From the IMG/VR virus record IMGVR_UViG_3300032313_001035: a stretch of 64,000 nucleotides of DNA, one strand, 5' to 3'. Shown piece after piece: positions 9,973 to 20,037 of the stretch; the first letter of the stretch is position 1; each line of letters opens with the position of its first letter. Position numbers and translations under genes: made by a program. The notes beneath the pieces are model-generated. The model ran no database searches. It was not told the DNA's origin and saw only the letters and a program-made list of their open reading frames with translations. This DNA is from a virus.

Positions 9973-10376
9973 GTGTCAATTACGTTATCAAGATCCATAT
10001 ACCTCATTTTTTCTTGAGGGCTGAGTGTTAGTATCGATTCGTTAAAATACTCCCAAAATCTATCATCTGCGGGTATTTTTTGCATCAAGTAACATTCATC
10101 CATATTTACATTACGATAATCTTGCATCATGATGTCCCAAGTGACTAACAAATTATGTTTTCGATCATCAATTTTTTTAGGTACAAAAGAACCACGGTAG
10201 TTCAATACCCTTAATCCGTTTTCAGACCGAAGAATCTCTGGACTATTGGTACAGAGCATCTGCCGTAATAGTGGTCTATTCGGAGCGCGTTCTGGTCGTC
10301 TACGAACTATCAATATATCACATACGTTTCTATTGAGCATCCGTAGGAGACCCAATCTAGTTACCTTTTGAAGCAT
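9960..10376 (-). CDS. Hypothetical protein, possible WYL_2/SH3-like fold
   Basis: C-terminal LVTWDIMMQDYRNV resembles the DUF2693 signature; weak. Confidence 0.55.
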   Translation of the reverse strand: MLQKVTRLGLLRMLNRNVCDILIVRRRPERAPNRPLLRQMLCTNSPEILRSENGLRVLNYRGSFVPKKIDDRKHNLLVTWDIMMQDYRNVNMDECYLMQKIPADDRFWEYFNESILTLSPQEKMRYMDLDNVIDTWIG

Positions 10377-10776
10377 TTATTTCACAAACGCCAAACATGC
10401 GCTGCTCATTCAAGAACAAACCGTTCTTAATTCTACCATGATCTTTTACGTGCAGATTGGTAATAGGAATTCCCATATTATTAGGGAACACCACAATGTC
10501 GCCAATTTCAGTATAACGAACATTTGGACCTTTTAGGATGACTTTACCCTTGCGCCATGCGTTATGGATTTGAGACACTGGCACTGCGATACCACCCCTT
10601 AAAATATAATCACCACCTTCTTCACCAGTGTGAAGGTCACAATATTCAACCAATACGGCATCATCATATAATTTAGACAATACATAATCATCCAAACCAA
10701 AGTCACTCGGAAGTGAACCATCACTGAGATCAATATGTGATTTTTGAGGAGCTAATACATCAATAGATATAGACAT
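10357..10776 (-). CDS. GroES/Cpn10-like co-chaperonin (functional analogue of T4 gp31)
   Basis: VLVE..GGIAVP..KGKVILKGP..IGDIVVF..LNEQRMFG; TAAATA-N5-ATG. Confidence 0.85.
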   Translation of the reverse strand: MSISIDVLAPQKSHIDLSDGSLPSDFGLDDYVLSKLYDDAVLVEYCDLHTGEEGGDYILRGGIAVPVSQIHNAWRKGKVILKGPNVRYTEIGDIVVFPNNMGIPITNLHVKDHGRIKNGLFLNEQRMFGVCEINASKGN

Positions 10777-10797
10777 GATAATATTTATTGATGTATT

Positions 10798-11070
10798 TTA
10801 AATGTCAACAGTTATTTTTTTCTTTTTAGAAATATATTTGATTTTTTTCTTCTTTAATTTGGGAATTATATTTCTATAGAATAAAAATTTATCATCGTCA
10901 TTATCAAATATTTGGGTATACTTATTCAAAGTGTTATTAGCATAATGTAATAGCTCAGGACTGTAGAAGCTCAAATAACGAGTTGTCATATAAGGTGAAA
11001 ATTCATCCAATAGTTCATTAGTGATTTCTCCTTTATCTTCGTATAATAAATTGTTGATAGTATTAAACAT
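10798..11070 (-). CDS. Short clamp-loader small subunit, gp62-like
   Basis: EFSPYMTTRYLSF..ANNTLNKY..FYRNIIPK matches the gp62 N-terminal pattern; only 90 aa. Confidence 0.6.
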   Translation of the reverse strand: MFNTINNLLYEDKGEITNELLDEFSPYMTTRYLSFYSPELLHYANNTLNKYTQIFDNDDDKFLFYRNIIPKLKKKKIKYISKKKKITVDI

Positions 11071-11833
11071 AAAAAATATTCATATCACTACGATATATAT
11101 CTTGATAATATCGATGTGGTAAATCAGCAAACCATACTGATGGGAAGTAACATTCTTTTTTACCTATCAAAGATGCCCACCATGAGAATGTAGAATTGCT
11201 GCCAATAATAATATCACACATACTCATACGTGTCAACTCTTCAATATCTGTATTCAAAGAAATTATTTCGAAATTATATTCTGAAAATTCTTGTCTCACT
11301 GCTTGTTTACTATCAGTGAATACTTTAATATCACAATCTTTATATTTTTCAAAAAAATATCTAAAGTATGCAGTATTACAGACATGTAATCTTTCAGTAA
11401 AATTCATATAATCACCTCGTCTGATATGTATACCAACTTCGATTTTGCCAAAATTTTTATTATCAATGGGAACATTTGGTAGACATAATTGTGATATAAA
11501 GTCGTCTTTATATTCTTCAAAATACTTCATTGTTTGAAAGTATCCATTTAAATTGATATTACCACCAAATTCAGGAATTTCATCGTATCCAAATCTTTTT
11601 TCGCGATAAATTGGTGTGTCATAGGATGCCAAACCATATTTAAAATTTTTGAATAAACCATCCATATATGTCAATGGGTGATTTCCTTGGTCGGCATGCC
11701 ATCTCGAAATATTTAAAATCAAATCCTTATCATATTTTTTGGAATATGCATATCCAACCGCAGATTGAAAGATTTGATTGGCAACACCGCCCATCAAATC
11801 AATATAACATTTTTCATTTTTAATAGTATTCAT
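11063..11833 (-). CDS. Glycosyltransferase family 11 (alpha-1,2-fucosyltransferase-like)
   Basis: GGVANQIFQ, GYFQ, HIRRGDY, NSTFSWWA. Confidence 0.92.
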   Translation of the reverse strand: MNTIKNEKCYIDLMGGVANQIFQSAVGYAYSKKYDKDLILNISRWHADQGNHPLTYMDGLFKNFKYGLASYDTPIYREKRFGYDEIPEFGGNINLNGYFQTMKYFEEYKDDFISQLCLPNVPIDNKNFGKIEVGIHIRRGDYMNFTERLHVCNTAYFRYFFEKYKDCDIKVFTDSKQAVRQEFSEYNFEIISLNTDIEELTRMSMCDIIIGSNSTFSWWASLIGKKECYFPSVWFADLPHRYYQDIYRSDMNIFYV

Positions 11834-12594
11834 GATTGTAATGCCGATATAATTGTCATGTCGGGTCTATATATATCTGAAACATTTCGTCCTTTTAACC
11901 ATACATCAGGAACGATAATTTCTTTCTTTTTTGGACCTAGTAAACTCGCCCACCACGAAAATGAGGAGTTACTACAAATAATTTTATCGTATTGTGATAT
12001 TAGCGCAAGATCTTCTAATTCTGTATTGCCAGTTATAATGTTCAACTCACGATGTTGGAATTCATCTCGAACATAATCGGGTGAGTCCGTAAACACGTCA
12101 ACATATTTTAATTTAAAACGCTTAAATTGTTTTTCGAAATATGTTGTATCGCAAACATAATGTATATGATCATTGATCAAATAATCACCTCTTCTAATAT
12201 GAAAAGCGATTTTATCCATAATCGGTGATATTTTTGGAAGTTCTAATAAATTTATAAATTCATCTTTACAATCTTCAAAATATTTTAATGATTGAAAATA
12301 ACCAGACAATACGACATCACCATCAACATATGGCAATTCATCATAATCCTCTCGTTTTTCGGCAATAAGAGTCGGGGTGGATTGAATTCTACCAAATTCA
12401 AAATTTTTAAAAATTGTGGATTTATACATCGAGGGAGGATTTCCCTGTGCAGCGCTCCAGTCTAGATCGTTAATAATCAATTTTTTTCCATGCCGTTTAG
12501 CATATGCATATCCCGCAGCAATCATAAAAATTTGATTACCTAAACCACCTGCAACATTCACATAACAATTATTCATATTCAAAATTTCTTTCAA
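11830..12594 (-). CDS. Glycosyltransferase family 11, paralogue
   Basis: GGLGNQIF, GYFQS, HIRRGDY, NSSFSWWA; real start possibly 12576. Confidence 0.92.
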   Translation of the reverse strand: MKEILNMNNCYVNVAGGLGNQIFMIAAGYAYAKRHGKKLIINDLDWSAAQGNPPSMYKSTIFKNFEFGRIQSTPTLIAEKREDYDELPYVDGDVVLSGYFQSLKYFEDCKDEFINLLELPKISPIMDKIAFHIRRGDYLINDHIHYVCDTTYFEKQFKRFKLKYVDVFTDSPDYVRDEFQHRELNIITGNTELEDLALISQYDKIICSNSSFSWWASLLGPKKKEIIVPDVWLKGRNVSDIYRPDMTIISALQS

Positions 12595-12599
12595 TGTTT

Positions 12600-13415
12600 T
12601 TATAATAATTTATCCACGATATCATTCATGTTATTTTTTGTTTGGAATCCCATATTTTTTATTTTTGATGTATCTAAATACATGGATTCGACTTGAACTA
12701 TTTTATGGAAATCTGTCGGTTCCATATTTCCTATTTCACTGGAAGAATCGAGTGCTTTGTATGCGTAATCTATAATATTTCTGAATAAAATTGGTTTTCC
12801 ACTTGATAAATTATAGGTTTCCCCATTCTCCCCTTTATCCATTAAAAATTCAATGCCTGATACGACATCATCTATATGAATATAATCTCTATAAAAATTG
12901 CCATTATTATAGAGATTGATGGGACGATTTTCTTTCATCTCATTTATCAAATATTGTAGAGCATTTTTCTTTTTTGAAATTTTAGAATCAGAATTACCGA
13001 CCACATTACCCAATCTAATTATTTTATAATTAATACCGAAAGTTTTGCAATAAGAATGAATTAATAATTCTGCTGCATATTTTGTTATCGAATAGAATCC
13101 TCTTGGGTTACAAATTGAATCTTCTTTGGCTGGTAAAGTTGTATCGCCATATACGAACCAAGAACTTATAAAAGTAAATTCGATATTTTTTATTTTTTTA
13201 CATTCATCCAACACGTTCATCAAATGAATAAGATTCGTGTTTATATCTATTTTAGAATCTGTCAATACATTATAATTATCAACAGTGCTTATTAGATATA
13301 GAACTTTTTCACTTAGAGGAGTAAAAGAATTTCTATCTATAATTATAACATCGGACTCTTTTTTATTACAAAAAGCCTGACCCACAAAACCGCTACCACC
13401 AAATACAGATATCAT
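12600..13415 (-). CDS. NAD-dependent sugar epimerase/dehydratase (SDR)
   Basis: GGSGFVG, SSWFVYG, YSITK, RDYIHIDD. Confidence 0.9.
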   Translation of the reverse strand: MISVFGGSGFVGQAFCNKKESDVIIIDRNSFTPLSEKVLYLISTVDNYNVLTDSKIDINTNLIHLMNVLDECKKIKNIEFTFISSWFVYGDTTLPAKEDSICNPRGFYSITKYAAELLIHSYCKTFGINYKIIRLGNVVGNSDSKISKKKNALQYLINEMKENRPINLYNNGNFYRDYIHIDDVVSGIEFLMDKGENGETYNLSSGKPILFRNIIDYAYKALDSSSEIGNMEPTDFHKIVQVESMYLDTSKIKNMGFQTKNNMNDIVDKLL

Positions 13416-14698
13416 TGGAATTTTGAAATTACGTCTTCAATATAATCAAACACTGGCTGCGTGTAATGCGGTGCAGCCCCGACAAAAAATACAGAATTCA
13501 ACACTTTGTTAGCTTCTGGGTATTTTCTAAAATCGTCCAAGTCTTTATATCCAGGATGTAATAGAATATTTCCAGCAAAATAATTTCTTGTTTGAATTTT
13601 GTTATCTTCCAAATATTTCACGAGTCTATGTTTAAGACCGATATCTTCACAAATAAAAGGTGTTCCAAACCAACAAGGATCAGCTTTTCCCAAAACTTTT
13701 GGACTTCTAATATTAGCAATATGTTTGTTGAATATTTCTGATATTTTATGATTGGAAATTCTTCTGTTGGATTCAATTTCATCTAATTTTTCAAGCTGAA
13801 CTAGCCCAATAGCACCTTGCAAATCCAAAGGTTTTAAATTATACCCCATTTCAGAAAAAACATATTTATGATCTATAACACCATCAAAATTTTCCAACCA
13901 ATTATCAAATCTATTACCACATGTTCCACATGGGAGTAGATTTGCCGCACCAACACAATAACAATCCCTACCCCACCAACTCAAACTAACAAACAATTTT
14001 TTAAGTTCGATGTCATTTGAACACACCATACCACCTTCTCCTGTTGAGATGTGGTGAGCAGGATAAAAAGAATTAGAATACGCTACATAATATTCATTGA
14101 GATATTTCCCATTCCACTTACTTCCTAAACTATCACAATTATCCCCCACTAAAAGAATGCCATGTTTTTCACTGATAGCAATCAATTTATCCATGTCTGG
14201 GGGATTTCCCAAAACAGGAGAAACGAAAATAGCTTTTGTTTTATTTGTTATTTTGGATTCGATTTGATCAATATCAAAATTTAAAGTATTCCATTCAATA
14301 TCGACAAATACAGGAGTTAATTTATTTTGATGAATGACTGAGACAGTAGTAGCAAAACCAACAGGTGACACGATTATCTCATCACCATCTTGCCAATTGA
14401 ATCGTCGTTTTAATGCTGCAATTAAAATAAGATTCGCGGAACTTCCAGAATTTACCATGTGTCCATATTTGGTATTAAATCTTTTAGAAAATTGACTTTC
14501 AAATTTATGAACCTTTTCTCCAGCAGTGATCCATTTACCATTTAAAAATGAATCTAATGCTGCTTCGGTCTCTCGATTATCCCAGTATGGACCAGAATAA
14601 TATATTGGAGTTTTACCAGCTTTAAATTCATTTGCATTGTAGATATACGGTGAAACGTGATTACCTACTAATGTTTTAATATCTTCTTTTAAGATCAT
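13412..14698 (-). CDS. rfbH: RfbH/DdhC(E1)-like NDP-4-keto-6-deoxyhexose 3-dehydrase (DegT/DnrJ fold)
   Basis: VNSGSSANL, DNCDSLG, SFYPAHHISTGEGG (His in place of the PLP Lys), WGRDCYC..C..C, QTRNYFAGN. Confidence 0.88.
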   Translation of the reverse strand: MILKEDIKTLVGNHVSPYIYNANEFKAGKTPIYYSGPYWDNRETEAALDSFLNGKWITAGEKVHKFESQFSKRFNTKYGHMVNSGSSANLILIAALKRRFNWQDGDEIIVSPVGFATTVSVIHQNKLTPVFVDIEWNTLNFDIDQIESKITNKTKAIFVSPVLGNPPDMDKLIAISEKHGILLVGDNCDSLGSKWNGKYLNEYYVAYSNSFYPAHHISTGEGGMVCSNDIELKKLFVSLSWWGRDCYCVGAANLLPCGTCGNRFDNWLENFDGVIDHKYVFSEMGYNLKPLDLQGAIGLVQLEKLDEIESNRRISNHKISEIFNKHIANIRSPKVLGKADPCWFGTPFICEDIGLKHRLVKYLEDNKIQTRNYFAGNILLHPGYKDLDDFRKYPEANKVLNSVFFVGAAPHYTQPVFDYIEDVISKFQ

Positions 14699-14704
14699 AT
14701 AATG

Positions 14705-14732
14705 AATTTAACATATTTTTTTGAAATGTCAA
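14705..14732 (-). promoter_or_regulatory. Sigma70-like promoter, 16-nt spacer
   Basis: TTGACA-N16-TAAATT with extended TG, 6 nt before the rfbH ATG. Confidence 0.7.
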
Positions 14733-14736
14733 ATCA

Positions 14737-15411
14737 TTAAATAGTCAAATATTTTGGATTAAAAATATAACATTCCAATCTTTCAATAATCCACGGCGCG
14801 ATTTCTTCTTCTAATAAGAAATCAACAATTTTTTTATAAAATTCTTTACTTCTAATTTTAACATGCTCTTTTGTTATCGCAAAATGTCCACCGGGAATAA
14901 ATTCGTAACGATCTGGAAGGGTTGATTTGAAAAATAAATACCAATATTTATCAATATCAATTAATGGATTTGAATCTTGTGGCATACCATCACTATCACA
15001 ATATAATATATTACCATCTCCATGATGAGTGGATGGATATAATTTCCACATAATACCACCATTTGAAGAGGGTACTTGGATAGTATTCCAATGATACCCA
15101 TAATAACCTCCTATTTTCAATTGTTCATTTTGTGTGGTGGGAGTATCATTCACAATTTCGATTATATTTTCCCAATGATCAAAAGGATAATCCTGTGCGA
15201 AATATGTTATGTCAGAAAGATTATTATAATTTTCGAAAATATGATTAAAAAATGTGTGTACACATCTTCCTTTATTATTATCGATATAAATTTCATTTAT
15301 ATCATTATTTTTATTACCTTTTCGATATATAGTTTTTTTCACATTCGAATTTAATCCATTCAACCAATTCAAATCTTTATCATATGCAGCTATTACTATT
15401 TCTTTTTTCAT
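14737..15411 (-). CDS. DUF3431-like glycan-associated protein
   Basis: IVIAAYDKDLNWL, NKGR..HTFFNHI..NY, FAQDYPFDH, PWIIER. Confidence 0.75.
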   Translation of the reverse strand: MKKEIVIAAYDKDLNWLNGLNSNVKKTIYRKGNKNNDINEIYIDNNKGRCVHTFFNHIFENYNNLSDITYFAQDYPFDHWENIIEIVNDTPTTQNEQLKIGGYYGYHWNTIQVPSSNGGIMWKLYPSTHHGDGNILYCDSDGMPQDSNPLIDIDKYWYLFFKSTLPDRYEFIPGGHFAITKEHVKIRSKEFYKKIVDFLLEEEIAPWIIERLECYIFNPKYLTI

Positions 15412-15463
15412 TTAAAAATACGTATATTCTTTTTATTTAAAACTAATAATTTTATTGTTGGGG

Positions 15464-16249
15464 TTAATTGACAAAATATTTTTTTAGGTTTTTTTTATTT
15501 TTAATAATGTATTCAGGTAATCCCGTTTCATCTATTCTATAACCATTTTTTCTCATCTCCATATAATTTTCGTGATAAACGGGGTGTGAAAAATCTGCTA
15601 TTTTTTTATCTACACCCCCCAGTGCATTGAAATGCCATCCACCATTTTCGATAAAAATATATTTATGATCCATAAATCTACGAGTTCTTAAATGGTTCAA
15701 ACATTCATTTTTGATATTTTTATACTTGGTTATAATTGGTCCTGTGAAATAAGTCCAGTTTTCATTTGTTCTCACATTTAAATATTCGATATAACAATTA
15801 TTGATCATGGGCTTATATACACCATCTTGAATATCGATGTTTAAATCATAATTCCATATTTCATCGACATCACAAACATAACAAACATCATTATCATTCA
15901 AATCGACTAATGCTTTTTTAATACATTCTTTTTGGTAAAATTCTATTAACCAACAATAATGTTCTCTTGTAACATTAGGACTGTTCAATGCCATGTTAAA
16001 ATATTCTTCGTCACATCCATTGCTATCTTCAAATGTTTTCGGTGATCTATCTATTTTATAATGAATAATTTTATCATGAAATTTTTCAAATTGTTTTTTA
16101 TTTTCTTCATAATAAAAAGGTTTATCAACACCACTAAATGTTGTGTTCGCTTCCACTAACACAAATTTATCAACATGTGGATTGAGAATATTCAATCTCA
16201 ATTCCAACATGTCGAGTTCGTTATTAAAACTAAAAATATCGTAAATCAT
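15464..16249 (-). CDS. Glycosyltransferase family 17 (GnT-III-like)
   Basis: IYDIFSFNNELDMLELRL, VEANTTFSG..KP, DVDEI, GGWHF. Confidence 0.88.
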   Translation of the reverse strand: MIYDIFSFNNELDMLELRLNILNPHVDKFVLVEANTTFSGVDKPFYYEENKKQFEKFHDKIIHYKIDRSPKTFEDSNGCDEEYFNMALNSPNVTREHYCWLIEFYQKECIKKALVDLNDNDVCYVCDVDEIWNYDLNIDIQDGVYKPMINNCYIEYLNVRTNENWTYFTGPIITKYKNIKNECLNHLRTRRFMDHKYIFIENGGWHFNALGGVDKKIADFSHPVYHENYMEMRKNGYRIDETGLPEYIIKNKKNLKKYFVN

Positions 16250-16983
16250 TTTGCGTAGTTAATATTTCTTCCCCACGTTGATGTGAAATCTTGATCCAAT
16301 GTTTCTAAATATGTGTTTAACTTTTCATAATCTTTTTCTATTTCTTCAGCCCATCCTTCCTTGGATGTGCCTACTCCTAATCTACCTTCAGTATAGGTAT
16401 TATCATGATTATTTCCTGTTAAATCGTGCCTATCATGTTGTATACTAATTTCTCCAACATTATGTAATAATCCCAATCTCTTACTCAAGATGTCAATCCA
16501 TGAATCGGCTGCTTGAACATATGATAATCTACCTGTCAGATCGAACCATTTACAGGGTATTATTGGGAATAACACTCCCTGCGTGTTCCAGTAACGTTCC
16601 ATATTACTAACTTTAGGACTTATCACACAAAATTTTTCATGTTCCTTAATTATAATATCATCCCACCCACTGCTCTCCATAATAGCATCATCATTCCACA
16701 AAAATAAAGAATTTCCAATCGATTTTTCCGACAGATCGTTATAATAATTGTTAAGATTTAAATAATGATGTCTTTCGCATAAAAATAACCGTATATTATT
16801 TTTAGATTTGATATATTCTTCCGTATCACGAACGGTCTCTATATCATCGTTATCCATTGCAAGTAATATCTCAAAATTATTTACATCATTAGAAGTATCT
16901 ATTAGTGATTCCACGGATTTTTTAAATGCCGCGAATCTACCTCTTGTTGGTAACAACACACTGATTTTAATTCCGTTATTCAT
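16246..16983 (-). CDS. GT-A fold glycosyltransferase (GT2-like)
   Basis: ISVLLPTRGR, DNDD, WNDD, GWD, FPII. Confidence 0.8.
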   Translation of the reverse strand: MNNGIKISVLLPTRGRFAAFKKSVESLIDTSNDVNNFEILLAMDNDDIETVRDTEEYIKSKNNIRLFLCERHHYLNLNNYYNDLSEKSIGNSLFLWNDDAIMESSGWDDIIIKEHEKFCVISPKVSNMERYWNTQGVLFPIIPCKWFDLTGRLSYVQAADSWIDILSKRLGLLHNVGEISIQHDRHDLTGNNHDNTYTEGRLGVGTSKEGWAEEIEKDYEKLNTYLETLDQDFTSTWGRNINYAK

Positions 16984-16984
16984 T

Positions 16985-18199
16985 TTAAATTATTTCAAAT
17001 TTGGGACACGGCACAATAAATTTACCACCTTTATTAACAAATTCTTTTTCCCTTTCAACAAATTCATTTATAAAATGCCAAGGTAATACTAGTAAGAAAT
17101 CTGGATTTGCTTTTCTCATTTCGTCTTCGGAATATATGGGAATATTTGTTCCCACGGTATATAATCCCCACTTATCACGATTTCTTTCAGCGATTCCATC
17201 GATCATTGTATTATCAAGTCCGAAATATTGTAATAAAGTATTACCTTTAGTGGACGCACCATATCCCCATATAGTCTTACCTTTGGCTTTCTGTTCCGTG
17301 ATAAATGAAACAGTTTTCATTTTCAATTCATTTATACGTTTGTAAAAATTAATCCAAATGTCAACTTTATCCAACTCTAAAGATTTTTCATAAGCTAATA
17401 TAGAATTCACCCTATATTTGGCAACATCTCTATACGGTTGAGTGCCAAAAGTTCTCAAGTCGGCATCATCTTTCATCACATAAATTCTGAAAGATCCTCC
17501 ATTGACATCGTTTAATTGACAATCAACTACTTGAAATCCATTTTTCTCTAAAATATTCTTGATATTGAATAGTGAGTAGTAATGCATATGTTCGTGACAT
17601 ATATTATCAAAAGCTAATTGCTCGATCATTAATGGGGTGTAACTCATCTGTAACACCCACAGACCGTCATCCTCTATTATATCATAGACATCTTTAATGA
17701 ATGGTGTCGGATTTTCCAAATCGTAAAACATTGCGATTGTAGTCACAACTTTAGCCTTCAAATGTCCAAATTTACTTTTCTTGAGTAATGATGCATTGAA
17801 GTAATCTTGTATAATCAAATCCGCATGTTTTTCAGATTCTTTTTTATATGTATCATCTACTGGATCGATACCAATCCTAATTAAATTTTTAGGTAGGTAA
17901 CTGAGCAATGTTCCATCATTACATGCAATATCAACCCACATATCATTTTCTTTGAGTTTTGTGACATCATGTATAGAGTTTACGATTCCCTCCAACTCTC
18001 TTTTCATTGTATGATTTATACCTGAACGATACCAATACTTGCCAAACATATCACCTAGTGGCGTTTGTTTTTGTAATCTAACAGCGCCAGTCTCTTCATC
18101 TAGCATCATTTTTAATTCTACCTTTCCGCCTCTAGATTCCGCTCCCTTGATTAAAAAATCTGAAACGTGTAGTTCGCCTAATGTGAATAATTCTTTCAT
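16985..18199 (-). CDS. NDP-hexose C-methyltransferase (SAM-dependent)
   Basis: YWYRSG, DIACNDGTLL, FDNICHEH, YGASTKGNTLL, LVLPWHF. Confidence 0.9.
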   Translation of the reverse strand: MKELFTLGELHVSDFLIKGAESRGGKVELKMMLDEETGAVRLQKQTPLGDMFGKYWYRSGINHTMKRELEGIVNSIHDVTKLKENDMWVDIACNDGTLLSYLPKNLIRIGIDPVDDTYKKESEKHADLIIQDYFNASLLKKSKFGHLKAKVVTTIAMFYDLENPTPFIKDVYDIIEDDGLWVLQMSYTPLMIEQLAFDNICHEHMHYYSLFNIKNILEKNGFQVVDCQLNDVNGGSFRIYVMKDDADLRTFGTQPYRDVAKYRVNSILAYEKSLELDKVDIWINFYKRINELKMKTVSFITEQKAKGKTIWGYGASTKGNTLLQYFGLDNTMIDGIAERNRDKWGLYTVGTNIPIYSEDEMRKANPDFLLVLPWHFINEFVEREKEFVNKGGKFIVPCPKFEII

Positions 18200-19098
18200 A
18201 ATCTAATTGTATCGTAATTTTCAATAAAATGTTTTATAGTTTCTTCTAAACCAACTCGTAATGTAGTAAATTCGTAATCTCCTATTATAGATTTTAAATA
18301 TGAATTATCAGATGGTTTCCTGAATTGTCCATCAGGTTTAGAGGTGTCGAATATTACATCATTTTTAAAATCCATAATATCGCATATCATTTCTACAACT
18401 TCTCTAATAGAAACTTCATTAGAAGTTGATAATATAATTGGAGATGTTCCGTCATATTTATCCATCAATAATTTTATTATATTTGCAACGTCTTTCGCAT
18501 AAATAAATTCTCTTAATGCATTACCACTTCCCCAAACATGTAAATTGGTATTATTTAGTTTAGCCAAATAAACCTTATGTATTAAAGCGGGTATGACATG
18601 AGTATTTTCTAAATTATAATTATCATTAAGCCCATACATATTACATGGTATAACGGCAAAATATTTCGTGCCATATTGTTGATTATACGCTCTAAGTTGC
18701 ACATCTACCATTCTCTTAGAGTAACCATATCCATAATTAGTTTCATGCGGTGGACCTAGATGGATCTTATCTTCTGTTAATGGATATTCAACGTCTGCGG
18801 GGAACACACATGTAGAGAGAAATACTACTAGTTTTTCGACATTATTTATTCTACACGATTCGATAATGTTAGTATTGATCATCAAATTATCGTAGAAATA
18901 TTCTCCCATAGCTGACATATTACCACCTATACCACCAACTTTAGCAGCACAATGTATAACATGTGTTGGCTTATAAGTTTCAATCAATCTATTCGATTCT
19001 TCAGGTATTCTTAAATCAAATTCTCTACCAACTTTAACATCAGCTTCTATCACAGACCCTACCAATCCATGTCCTCCAGTGACTAATACTTTATCCAT
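18196..19098 (-). CDS. fcl: GDP-L-fucose synthase (Fcl/WcaG-like)
   Basis: TGGHGLVG, AAKVGGI, LSTCVFP, YGYSKR, HVIPALI, WGSG..LREF, KPDG; start set at MDKVLV 19098. Confidence 0.92.
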   Translation of the reverse strand: MDKVLVTGGHGLVGSVIEADVKVGREFDLRIPEESNRLIETYKPTHVIHCAAKVGGIGGNMSAMGEYFYDNLMINTNIIESCRINNVEKLVVFLSTCVFPADVEYPLTEDKIHLGPPHETNYGYGYSKRMVDVQLRAYNQQYGTKYFAVIPCNMYGLNDNYNLENTHVIPALIHKVYLAKLNNTNLHVWGSGNALREFIYAKDVANIIKLLMDKYDGTSPIILSTSNEVSIREVVEMICDIMDFKNDVIFDTSKPDGQFRKPSDNSYLKSIIGDYEFTTLRVGLEETIKHFIENYDTIRL

Positions 19099-19981
19099 AA
19101 ATTCCTGTTCTTTTTTTATATTCATCATGTTCAGCGACACACTCTTCCCACGAGAATAAGTTCCCTTCTCGATCTAAATAATTGTGATTTCTAAAAATAT
19201 TATACCCACATGACCAATAACCATTAGAGATATTGTAACGACCCCAATATTTAGGTGCTAGTATATATTTCACGGTGTCACTTAGCAAAGTGGCAAAATA
19301 TGGGAAACTAGAATTTGATAAAATCAAATAATGGGCATTTTTAATAATGGTAAAATCGGTTGCAATATCGAAATGATTCACTTCAAAATCGGGAAATTGT
19401 CCTCTTGCTCGTTCCACATCATCAGTTATAACTACAAATCTAAAATTCGGGTTAATTTTTCTCATTCTGCCAATTGCATCGTCCCAATACTTCCCATTCA
19501 AATGAAAATGAATAACACCTGCATATTCACCACCGCGATAATTAATGATGCAAATATTCGGATCAGAATAATCATAGCAATCTTTTTCTGGTTTGATTTT
19601 TAACCATTGTCTAATTTCATCTTTACGATGAATAATGCGATCTTCTGATTGGAATAGTCCGTCAAGTTTGGTATTATCTTGAATCAATTCTAAATCTGGA
19701 TCATCGATTGTTACATTGGAACCGTTGGGAAGATACCACCATTTTTCTTTAAAATAGTTTGTAATCCCATTAGGAAGTGCGTGTGGTGGTCCACCTTCTG
19801 GTCCAGAACCTCCATCGACGGGTAATCCAAAATCTAAATCCATAAAATCCAAACATTTGAATTTATGAGGATTCATAATCCCAAAATCAAATCCTTTATC
19901 CTTGGCAACTACTCTCGTTGTTACATAACAAGCTAGTTGATTACCTAATCCCTGTCCATTGTAAATTTCAGTTACTATCAT
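19091..19981 (-). CDS. Divergent GT11-like glycosyltransferase
   Basis: GQGLGNQL, GLFQSE, NYRGGEY, LILSNSSF. Confidence 0.8.
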   Translation of the reverse strand: MIVTEIYNGQGLGNQLACYVTTRVVAKDKGFDFGIMNPHKFKCLDFMDLDFGLPVDGGSGPEGGPPHALPNGITNYFKEKWWYLPNGSNVTIDDPDLELIQDNTKLDGLFQSEDRIIHRKDEIRQWLKIKPEKDCYDYSDPNICIINYRGGEYAGVIHFHLNGKYWDDAIGRMRKINPNFRFVVITDDVERARGQFPDFEVNHFDIATDFTIIKNAHYLILSNSSFPYFATLLSDTVKYILAPKYWGRYNISNGYWSCGYNIFRNHNYLDREGNLFSWEECVAEHDEYKKRTGIYG

Positions 19982-20037
19982 ATTTTTATTTGTGAATTTT
20001 ATTTATTAATCCAATATTTCCTGTTAATTTATTATAA

